Assembly: GCA_002753745.1 (NCBI GenBank)
Contig: PEAR01000002.1
Location: forward strand, 1-47,100
Source: Candidatus Omnitrophota bacterium
GTDB taxonomy: Bacteria > Omnitrophota > Gorgyraeia > Zapsychrales > Fredricksoniimonadaceae
DNA length: 47,100 nucleotides
Direction: 5' to 3'
Part shown: piece by piece, positions 17,750 to 25,747 of the stretch
How positions within the stretch are numbered: position 1 is the first letter of the stretch
Layout: the number at the start of each line of letters is the position of its first letter
Notes under the pieces: generated by a model
The model's database searches: none
What the model saw: only the letters and a program-made list of their open reading frames with translations
What the model was told of the DNA's origin: nothing
Program-made: the position numbers and the translations under genes

Positions 17750-18668
17750 TCACCAGCGGACGATTTTTTACCTGTGTCAATATAGCTCCCACATATTCGC
17801 CAACAATCCCTAGAAATAGTAATTGAACAGCGGAAAAGAAAAACAACCCTATAACTAAGGGAGCTAAGCCTAAATTAAACGTCTGCCAATAAAGCAGCTT
17901 ATAAACAAAATACGCAATGGCCACAAAAAAGCTAAAAAACGCTAAACAAAAACCAGTAAGTGCCGCTAAGCGCAGCGGTAGCTTGGAATGATTAACAAAC
18001 CCTGTCATTGCTATATCGTATAATGTAAAGAAATTATTCTTTGACCTGCCATGTTTGCGTTTATCTTGAATATATTCAAGTACCTTGCGTTTAAATCCAA
18101 TTTCAGCAATAAGTCCGCGGAAGTAAGGGTAAGGGTCATGATACCTTTTTAAACCATCCATAAACTTCCGGTCATACAAACCAAAACCTGTAAAATTCTG
18201 AATCATGTCGTTTGAATCTGAAAAGCTGGATAAAAGGCGGTAATAAAAGCTTCTTAGAACGGCCATTAAAAAGAATTCACGACTTTTTGATTGAACCGCG
18301 ATAACCACCCGAAAGCCAGCTTCCCAATGCCTGACAAAATCAAGAATCATCTCGGGAGGATTCTGTAAATCGGAACACATTCCAACCACAGCATCACCAG
18401 AGGCCTGAAGTAAAGCATTATACGTTGAACGTACTTGACCAAAATTATTGGCATTAAAAATAACTTTAAAGTTTTTGTCCTTCCGGGCAATACAGCGAAG
18501 CATTTCTCGCGTACCATCAGTAGAACAATTATCAGCGACAATTATTTCATAATCATATTCAGGTAGTTTTCCGAAAACAGCCACCAAACGATCATAGAAT
18601 TCCTGCAGATTTTCGTTTTCGTTAAAGCAGCCAGTAATAACACTAATCTTTTTCCGAATACTGTTCAT
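17721..18668 (-). CDS. Family 2 glycosyltransferase, polyprenyl-phosphate sugar synthase type (GtrB/ArnC/DPM1-like), 315 aa
   Basis: ISVITGCFNEN.NL, EIIVADNCSTDGT, SDLQNPPE, and two C-terminal TM helices ending in LGIVGEYVGAI (the GEY.GRI-like tail of GtrB/ArnC). Confidence 0.8.
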   Translation of the reverse strand: MNSIRKKISVITGCFNENENLQEFYDRLVAVFGKLPEYDYEIIVADNCSTDGTREMLRCIARKDKNFKVIFNANNFGQVRSTYNALLQASGDAVVGMCSDLQNPPEMILDFVRHWEAGFRVVIAVQSKSREFFLMAVLRSFYYRLLSSFSDSNDMIQNFTGFGLYDRKFMDGLKRYHDPYPYFRGLIAEIGFKRKVLEYIQDKRKHGRSKNNFFTLYDIAMTGFVNHSKLPLRLAALTGFCLAFFSFFVAIAYFVYKLLYWQTFNLGLAPLVIGLFFFSAVQLLFLGIVGEYVGAILTQVKNRPLVIEDEKLNFD

Positions 18669-19825
18669 TTTAAAACCACCACCTTATTTTTAACTCCCAT
18701 CAAACTTATTTCTTTGAGGATATCATCAGAAAATACCGCTACAGCAATGATAATTACCGGCAAATGATGCTTATTTATAATCTCCATAGGAGAGCATATC
18801 TGTTTACCAAATAAATATCCCCCCTGTTTATGTTTATCATTATCAACGAACATAACGATTTTACATTGATTTAATCGAGATGTCGCCAACAAACGACTTG
18901 CATAATTACCGGCGCCCCAGACAATTATCTCTTCTTGACTTTGTGCCAACCTATCAATAATCACATCAACATTATGAATCTGAGATGTCTGGGAAACATA
19001 CTGTGAGAGCATTTTTGCAGAATGATTACGCCATTCGGAAGCTTCAGCGCACTCATTTGAATATGCACAAAAGATCATCGGCTGCTCAACATTAGAGAAC
19101 TTTACTGTCGTTTTAACAAGATTAACAACTCTAAACCCATATGCAAGACCCAAATTTATTAAAGAAGTTTCATCAAAATGGTTAACATGCTCGCAATTAA
19201 AATAATCGAAAGGAATTGAATCAAACTGGTGATACCGAGAAGCGTCCGGAACACAAACCAAGAAGAATCCATTGCGTCTTATTAATGACTGAAGTCTTTT
19301 CATGATGCCGGGCAATTCATAAATATGTTCAAGCACCCCGGACATAATGGCAACATCATACTTTTTATCGACAGAAAGATCGAAAATGCTTAAAGTAACG
19401 CCCACAATCCCCTTTTCACAAGCATTAGCTATGCATTTTTCAGATGGATCAAGGGCTGTAAGGTTAAAGAAACCTAAGCCTTGCAACTCATACAATAAAC
19501 TTGAATTGCCGCTCCCTATATCAATAATATTTGCTGATACATCACAGATAACTGAGCTTACCCACTTTGCACGATCTTTATAAATATGTGAATTGCCCGG
19601 AATATAGGTCATCTCATACTTAGACATACTGGCGTAATATGCATCAAAATCATCTTGTTTTAAGGAAATATCTGCATAAACGAACCCACAATGACAACAA
19701 GAAACAACATCGTATTCACCTGGCATAAAATGTATGCTTGCAAAAACAAACTTTTGCGTATGCAAAACATCACCAGTTAAATTGCGACATATCGGACAAG
19801 AACGATTTAAATTTCTTATTTTCAT
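18665..19825 (-). CDS. Class I SAM-dependent methyltransferase with N-terminal Cys4 zinc ribbon, about 386 aa
   Basis: CPICRN ... CCHCGF zinc-ribbon pairs. Motif I is IIDIGSGNSSLL. The C-terminal domain is Rossmann-like (IIVWGAGNYASRLL ... FVDNDKHKQG). The architecture recalls NDP-hexose C-methyltransferases. I prefer ATG 19825 to the TTG at 19840. Confidence 0.7.
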   Translation of the reverse strand: MKIRNLNRSCPICRNLTGDVLHTQKFVFASIHFMPGEYDVVSCCHCGFVYADISLKQDDFDAYYASMSKYEMTYIPGNSHIYKDRAKWVSSVICDVSANIIDIGSGNSSLLYELQGLGFFNLTALDPSEKCIANACEKGIVGVTLSIFDLSVDKKYDVAIMSGVLEHIYELPGIMKRLQSLIRRNGFFLVCVPDASRYHQFDSIPFDYFNCEHVNHFDETSLINLGLAYGFRVVNLVKTTVKFSNVEQPMIFCAYSNECAEASEWRNHSAKMLSQYVSQTSQIHNVDVIIDRLAQSQEEIIVWGAGNYASRLLATSRLNQCKIVMFVDNDKHKQGGYLFGKQICSPMEIINKHHLPVIIIAVAVFSDDILKEISLMGVKNKVVVLK

Positions 19826-19861
19826 ATGGCGTTCGTCCAACCTTAAGTAAAAGCAAAAAAC

Positions 19862-21496
19862 TTAAATTAAGTTGAAATAAACCGCCCAGTCTTTCCAGAA
19901 TGAGCTTGTATTAATTATAGATCGAAAGTTGCCTTTATGTACTAGAGCTCTATCAAGCTCACCCTTTCCTTCATAAGCTTTTGCTAAACAATAATAGGCA
20001 AAAGCATGATCTGAATAAACATTTACAAGATTACTGAAACTCTTAATACATTCATCATAATTTCCTATACGCAAATTATAATTGTGAATAAAATTAACAT
20101 GTAAATTCATCATATACGCCTGCTTTTCAATATGCTCAGGCGTGTAACTTGGTGTTCGGATATTACACTTTGTTAAACTAGGGCAGAAAAAACTATCATT
20201 CACTAAATAACCATTTTCTTTACATTCATTATAAAGACGACTGCCAGGAAGCGGCAATGCAATCAAGAAATAAACCCAGCTGAAACCAATTTCTTCCAGC
20301 GTTTCAAGCGTTTCGTTGCGATGCTCATCCGTTTCTCCAGGTGAGCCAATAACAATATTAGTAAGGGCACTGATGCCGAATTTACGAAGGCTATGTACAG
20401 CGCACTTTGCCTCATCCTTAGTAACAGGTTTCTGAATAATATGTTTCAATACAAAATCTGAACCGGATTCTAAACTTGTATACTGAAATGTATTCCCTAA
20501 TTGTGATAAAAGTTGAGCCACCTCATCATCAATATTCCGCATAAGAATGGCAGGAAAATTTACATTAATCTTTAATTTAACATACTCTTTAAGAATTAAT
20601 TTGGCTCTCACCTTATCAAGAAGAAATGAGTCGTCACAAACAAATAATTCAGTCAAACCGTCATCCTCAACCATTTTTCTCACATCATTAACAGCCCGTT
20701 CAGCACTTAAAAATCGCACTTTCTTGCCATGAACATTAAACCCCGCACAAAAGTTGCAATTAAAAGGACAGCCTCGAGATAGGTAAATAATTCTTGATAC
20801 CATTGTTCGTTTGAAGTTCTTTTTGTAAACCGCTCCCTTAATCTTAGGCAAATTAAAATTTGAAAGATCAACATAGCTAAAATCAATAGGCGGAATATTA
20901 TCAAGTTCTGAAACAGTGTAATTAGCAGGTTTAATTCCGAGCTTAATACTTTCCTTTGTAACAAAAGCATTATTAGATCTCACATGCGCTCGACTATCTT
21001 CACTGTCGATTAAGCGCAAAAAGGGAATTTCTCCCTCGCCAAAATTAACGGCATCAATATCATTCTTTAACGCAATTTCTTCGCTTAAAACTGTTGCCAG
21101 ATTACCGCCGACAATAAGCAACGTATTCGGGGCCACTTTCTTTATTGTTGCCGCCAGACCGTCCAACAGGTGATACCCGACATTAAACATAAGTGAAATA
21201 CCAACAATGTCAGGATTAAACTCTCCCGTTTCTGATTCTATATACTTTCGAAAATACTCCTGTCCATCTCTAATAACATTCCCGTGCTGATATTCACTGA
21301 CCAAGTGATTATTTATATCTACAATTCTAAAATTAACGCAATTCCGGGCATATTTCTTTACATATGCACATATAGAAAGCAGGCCATAGGGAAGATTAAC
21401 AATAGACCGGGTATCAAATAAATATTTCTGCGCACCGGGATCCAACAAATCCGGGATAGGCATCGTAAACAATAATACTTTCTTGCTTTTATTCAC
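19862..21496 (-). CDS. B12-binding-domain radical SAM enzyme (class B) with TPR-like C-terminus, 544 aa
   Basis: N-terminal B12-binding-like region (IVGGNLATV, D.VNFGEGE), then SRGCPFNCNFC (C-x3-C-x2-C). The C-terminal AYYCLAKAYEGKGELDRAL is TPR-like. Confidence 0.8.
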   Translation of the reverse strand: MNKSKKVLLFTMPIPDLLDPGAQKYLFDTRSIVNLPYGLLSICAYVKKYARNCVNFRIVDINNHLVSEYQHGNVIRDGQEYFRKYIESETGEFNPDIVGISLMFNVGYHLLDGLAATIKKVAPNTLLIVGGNLATVLSEEIALKNDIDAVNFGEGEIPFLRLIDSEDSRAHVRSNNAFVTKESIKLGIKPANYTVSELDNIPPIDFSYVDLSNFNLPKIKGAVYKKNFKRTMVSRIIYLSRGCPFNCNFCAGFNVHGKKVRFLSAERAVNDVRKMVEDDGLTELFVCDDSFLLDKVRAKLILKEYVKLKINVNFPAILMRNIDDEVAQLLSQLGNTFQYTSLESGSDFVLKHIIQKPVTKDEAKCAVHSLRKFGISALTNIVIGSPGETDEHRNETLETLEEIGFSWVYFLIALPLPGSRLYNECKENGYLVNDSFFCPSLTKCNIRTPSYTPEHIEKQAYMMNLHVNFIHNYNLRIGNYDECIKSFSNLVNVYSDHAFAYYCLAKAYEGKGELDRALVHKGNFRSIINTSSFWKDWAVYFNLI

Positions 21497-22643
21497 ATTT
21501 ACCTTTAGTTATCGCATCTTTATCAGCTATGGCGTACAAAACAGTTTCGGTCTGATTATCGGTGTAATGACGCATAAAGAATTTATACCCAGGCACGAAA
21601 GATCTTAACAATAACAACAAATCAAACAAGTCTTCACGCCGGTGATAAACACTAACCGCTAATTTCGGCATCCACTTCTTGATCGTCTGTTCAGCACCAA
21701 GAATCGCATTATGCTCGGCACCCTCAATGTCCATCGATACATACGTCACTCGCCGGCCATTCAAAATATTGTCTATTGTATCAACTTCCATTGAATCAGC
21801 TGATAAAGAGTTGTCTATAATTTCAGAAATACGTGAGCCCCCTTCACGTCCAGCTTGAAAATGAATAATCTGATGTTTATGCCATGCGCCCATGTTATGT
21901 AGCTCTATCTTCTTTATACCGTTAAGGGAAATAACCCCCTCTAAAGTTAAGAGAGTTTTCTTGTCTGGTTCAAATGCAATTATCCCATCATAAACTTTAT
22001 TCGTACGACGATTAAACTCAATAATAGCATTGCCTTTAAAAGCTCCAACATCTAAAAAGACCTCATTGTCTAATAAACTTACAATATCATCATCAAAGTA
22101 CTCTGTTTTAGATTTGATTTCGGAATATAAACTGAAATCACCTGAAATTTTGGCATTAAGGACATTAGCGTAAACACTCTTAGAAAAATCATCTGCCAAC
22201 AAGGAATAGGCCTCATTGAACTGAGACTCATATTCAAGATAATACGGGTAATTAATTTTCTCGCCACAAACTTCAAATCCACGCAGATACCAGAAAGGAT
22301 TCTTTTCACAAGCTCTACTTAACTGAGAAAAAATTGGCTCCTTATATTGAATCCCCGTTGCCACCACAATCTGATACTTTCCACCATTGCTAATAAATTT
22401 ATTCTTAATGCCTTCGTAACTATAAACAGGCAATCCAATATGAGACATCCCCTGCTTTGATAAATCATTATCACAAAAACACACCGGCTCAATGCCGTGT
22501 TGGCGTAAATACATCAAGACGCACCATGCAATTTCACCAGCTCCCCAAAGAATTACCGGCAACGCTGTAGACTTGATTAAAGCGAATATCGCCTCTTCTT
22601 CATGCGCGACATTCTTTATAAGCCCAGAAAGACTATTCAACAT
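21489..22643 (-). CDS. FkbM-family SAM methyltransferase with N-terminal Rossmann-like domain, 384 aa
   Basis: FLDVGAFKGNAIIEF ... IAFEPD ... VSMDIEGAE matches the FkbM layout. The N-terminal VILWGAGEIAWCVL ... FCDNDLSKQG resembles the C-terminal domain of the 18665..19825 methyltransferase. Confidence 0.7.
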   Translation of the reverse strand: MLNSLSGLIKNVAHEEEAIFALIKSTALPVILWGAGEIAWCVLMYLRQHGIEPVCFCDNDLSKQGMSHIGLPVYSYEGIKNKFISNGGKYQIVVATGIQYKEPIFSQLSRACEKNPFWYLRGFEVCGEKINYPYYLEYESQFNEAYSLLADDFSKSVYANVLNAKISGDFSLYSEIKSKTEYFDDDIVSLLDNEVFLDVGAFKGNAIIEFNRRTNKVYDGIIAFEPDKKTLLTLEGVISLNGIKKIELHNMGAWHKHQIIHFQAGREGGSRISEIIDNSLSADSMEVDTIDNILNGRRVTYVSMDIEGAEHNAILGAEQTIKKWMPKLAVSVYHRREDLFDLLLLLRSFVPGYKFFMRHYTDNQTETVLYAIADKDAITKGKCE

Positions 22644-23656
22644 CGCAATTTCCTCGCATCAAAGCCATCGATATTGTCTTTAATATAATGGCCGCTTTTA
22701 TAAAAATCGCACCGCGAACAGGAAACATTATCCTGTTTACGGTCCTCGAGTTGCATTAGCATGAACTTATGCCATGCCTCTGACAGCCACAATCCCTTCA
22801 AATCAATACGATTAACGTTACCAAGATTAGTTCCCCCGTTAAAATCGATACAACAGGGCGCCACATCGCCGTTACTGCGTACCGCCATCGTGGTGAATGC
22901 CATTGGGCAAACGCGCCGGTGTTGCGATTCAGCGTGCATATCCTGGACTGCGGCGGCGGTGTCCTTGTACAGAGCATCTGTAAATCTAGCACCCTCCGTC
23001 ATGGTCCAGTTATGCGGTTTATCAATATAGATCTCGTCGGCCACATCCTGGTACATCTTGATAAAATCATCATTACCCGGACCGTATGTATCCAGCATTT
23101 TTACAGCGACAAAAGGGCGTTCACGGCCGGCCAGTTTCTTAAGCTCCTGCAACATGCTCAAATTATCATGGATGGAACGAATATCCAATTTTGAGCCTGT
23201 AATATCCTCATGTTTCTGTTGATCGGGCGAATACACGGAAACTCGCAAATAATCCAACTGATGATCCACCATTCCCTGCGCGATCTTTCTAGTCAGTAAA
23301 GAAGCATTCGTCGTCGTCTCGACCCTTTCCGCGATATCAGCATGCTTCGCCATTTTAAGCATCTCGGCAAAATCAGGATTAAGAAGCGGTTCGCCATATA
23401 AACTAAGCTTAAGCACTTTAAGTTTTGCCCCGCTCCAAGACCGCAGCTGCTCAATGATCTTCCTGTACAAGCTCAAATCCATATTAAGCCGAAGACGCGA
23501 TAAAAAGTTTTCTTCTTTTAAACTTTGAAAACAATGAACACATCTGAAATTACACAAACTGGAAGGCTCGATCAAAACTGTAAAGGGCTTCTTTAAAGGC
23601 AAAACATCAACAAGGTTTTGCCTGTTGGTCGCATGTAATTGAGTATACGAGATCAT
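22637..23656 (-). CDS. Radical SAM enzyme with SPASM/twitch-like C-terminal Cys motifs, 339 aa
   Basis: SSLCNFRCVHC (C-x3-C-x2-C), GEPLLNP, C-terminal C-x12-G-x4-C (CPMAFTTMAVRSNGDVAPC) plus CSRC. Tandem paralog of the next gene. Confidence 0.8.
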   Translation of the reverse strand: MISYTQLHATNRQNLVDVLPLKKPFTVLIEPSSLCNFRCVHCFQSLKEENFLSRLRLNMDLSLYRKIIEQLRSWSGAKLKVLKLSLYGEPLLNPDFAEMLKMAKHADIAERVETTTNASLLTRKIAQGMVDHQLDYLRVSVYSPDQQKHEDITGSKLDIRSIHDNLSMLQELKKLAGRERPFVAVKMLDTYGPGNDDFIKMYQDVADEIYIDKPHNWTMTEGARFTDALYKDTAAAVQDMHAESQHRRVCPMAFTTMAVRSNGDVAPCCIDFNGGTNLGNVNRIDLKGLWLSEAWHKFMLMQLEDRKQDNVSCSRCDFYKSGHYIKDNIDGFDARKLRC

Positions 23657-24678
23657 ATTCTCAGTTTATCGACAGGGAACCCGTCAACATTGTCCTCTTG
23701 GGGAAACAGTTTAAACCAGTCACAATTAGCGCAAATGCGATTTTCGTGCTTGCGTCCTTCCAGAAGCATCTTCCGAAACGCGAACATATTGTCACCCCGC
23801 CACAAATCTTGCAATGAAGTATCATTCGCATTTCCGATTTTTGTCCCTTTGGCCGGGTCATGAGTACACATTAGACAGTCACCAATGTTATTGATGACCA
23901 TCGACATGAACGGCCGTGAGCAAACAGCGCGTCCAGTATTAAGACTAGCCTGATATTCACGTCGTGACTGGAGCTCCTTGACAGGATCGTTGTAATACAT
24001 ATTCACAAGGTCATTCCCGCTGTAATTCGTCGCATTATGGACTTTTTCCAGACCAATTTCGTCCGCTATCCCCTGATATAAATCAAAGAATATTGTGTTT
24101 TCGTCGCTGTATGTATCAAACATCTTAACAAAGATATACGGCTTTTCGGCGCCTGAGCGATCACGTGTATCGCGCAACTGTTTAATGTTTGCCTGGATCT
24201 TTGCGACAGAGCAATCAGTCCTTGTAACTTCGCGATGATGTTTGTCCTGTGCGGCATAAATAGAAAAACGAATAGCATCCAGGCCGTACGTAATCAATTT
24301 AACCGCGATATCAGGAGTTAAAAGCGACCCGTTTGAGAATGTATCCACCCGTTCGGCTACTTCCGCCTCTTTAGCAATCCTGACCATCTCACAAAAGTCA
24401 GGATTAATAAAAGGCTCGCCAAGCATGGCCAACCTCAAAAGCTTAAGTTTTGGACCTGGCCACTCCTTTAACTCCAGGATCAACTTCTTAAACAAAGCCA
24501 TATCCATATGCTTAAGCGGCTTAAGATCATTGCGCGTATTATCACTGCCATGAACACAAGGAGTGCATCGGAAATTACACAAATTTGTCGGCTCAATAAA
24601 AAGCGACAAAGGCTTTTGTAACGGCAGCATCTCGCGCAAAGGCTTGCGATCATGTGAAATAATGGTAAACAAACTCAT
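23653..24678 (-). CDS. Radical SAM enzyme with SPASM/twitch-like C-terminal Cys motifs, 341 aa (paralog of 22637..23656)
   Basis: TNLCNFRCTPC, GEPFINP, C-x12-G-x4-C (CSRPFMSMVINNIGDCLMC) plus CANC. Aligns along its full length with the neighbouring paralog, at roughly 40% identity by eye. Confidence 0.8.
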   Translation of the reverse strand: MSLFTIISHDRKPLREMLPLQKPLSLFIEPTNLCNFRCTPCVHGSDNTRNDLKPLKHMDMALFKKLILELKEWPGPKLKLLRLAMLGEPFINPDFCEMVRIAKEAEVAERVDTFSNGSLLTPDIAVKLITYGLDAIRFSIYAAQDKHHREVTRTDCSVAKIQANIKQLRDTRDRSGAEKPYIFVKMFDTYSDENTIFFDLYQGIADEIGLEKVHNATNYSGNDLVNMYYNDPVKELQSRREYQASLNTGRAVCSRPFMSMVINNIGDCLMCTHDPAKGTKIGNANDTSLQDLWRGDNMFAFRKMLLEGRKHENRICANCDWFKLFPQEDNVDGFPVDKLRI

Positions 24679-25737
24679 TTAAACAAAATCCTCTGGCGTA
24701 AAGACCTCAGACCAATGAACAGGCAACGGTTTGCCATAAAACTTACTCATATAATTCTTGATAAAATTACTGTCTTCGCCGGACAGACAAAGAGGATTAA
24801 ATTCTTTAAAATGTTTAATACTCATGCCCCTTTTAAGAATAGCAGCAAAGCTTTCTTCAAAAATATTGCCCAGCGAGATATGAATAAATCCGCATGGCAG
24901 AATATCTCCATACTGAGTCAAATGCAGGTTTGAATTAACACTCCCACAGCCCCTTTCAATACCGTACGTGGGAAAAGTGTCGCGATGCAAAGATGGATAT
25001 TGTTGATTAACGTGCTTCATGTAAGCCGCGTCATCAGCATCAATCAACATATCATGCTTACCTTCCCACTCGCCGACAGCATGAGCAATCATGACATCAA
25101 CCGTAAAACCATTCTCCTGGGCAAACTTGGCCATTTCAAGCGTTCTGTCAGTACGACAATTCTGATGGGTGATGCAGGTTTGTATCACCACACTCAACCC
25201 GGCTTCCTGGGCGTTAAACAATGCCTCTTTTGCTTTAAGGTAAGCTCCTTCTTTATTTCTGTTCATATCGTGTTTAGCTGCGTCAAAATCATCGATACTG
25301 ATTTTTACCTTATCCAACCCCCAGCTTCTCAGATCCCGGGCCATTTCTTTGGTCAAAAAATACCCGTTGGTGCTCATTGATAAATGAAACCTGTCCGGCT
25401 GCAATGCCTTGATAACGCTCTGAAGATTTTTTAATATTAATGGCTCACCACCAGAAATGACAAACTGACACAGCCCTAACTCATGGGCTTCATCGCTAAA
25501 GCGCCTCAAATCATCCGGAGAAAGAGCTCTTTCCTTATGCGCAAATCTCGTCGTAAAACAATGCCGGCATTTTAAATTACATGCCAGGTTAAAACCGATA
25601 TCAACTACAGGAGTAGCCAATCCCGCCTTAAATCGATCCGCAATCTTGAGGATCTTCTCAAAAGCAAGAGGCTTCTCTTTTTTAAGTCTTTCGCGACGTG
25701 CGGCCTCAATTTGCTGCTTTTCAATTGATCGACTCAT
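24679..25737 (-). CDS. Radical SAM enzyme (MoaA/NirJ/PqqE-like core) with twitch-like C-terminal motif, 352 aa
   Basis: LACNLKCRHC, ISGGEPL, and C-x12-G-x4-C (CGSVNSNLHLTQYGDILPC). Confidence 0.8.
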   Translation of the reverse strand: MSRSIEKQQIEAARRERLKKEKPLAFEKILKIADRFKAGLATPVVDIGFNLACNLKCRHCFTTRFAHKERALSPDDLRRFSDEAHELGLCQFVISGGEPLILKNLQSVIKALQPDRFHLSMSTNGYFLTKEMARDLRSWGLDKVKISIDDFDAAKHDMNRNKEGAYLKAKEALFNAQEAGLSVVIQTCITHQNCRTDRTLEMAKFAQENGFTVDVMIAHAVGEWEGKHDMLIDADDAAYMKHVNQQYPSLHRDTFPTYGIERGCGSVNSNLHLTQYGDILPCGFIHISLGNIFEESFAAILKRGMSIKHFKEFNPLCLSGEDSNFIKNYMSKFYGKPLPVHWSEVFTPEDFV

Positions 25738-25747
25738 ATTTAATTCA

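Noticed and set aside
15756-25737. A RiPP (ribosomal peptide) maturation cluster, suggested by five radical SAM enzymes including SPASM/twitch-like ones.
   Set aside because: Junctions between genes are overlaps or gaps under 30 nt and leave no room for a precursor gene. No small same-strand ORF, peptidase, leader-binding (RRE) domain or ABC exporter was seen. The neighbours are all sugar or lipid-carrier enzymes. This is kept as an alternative in the finding rather than as a call.
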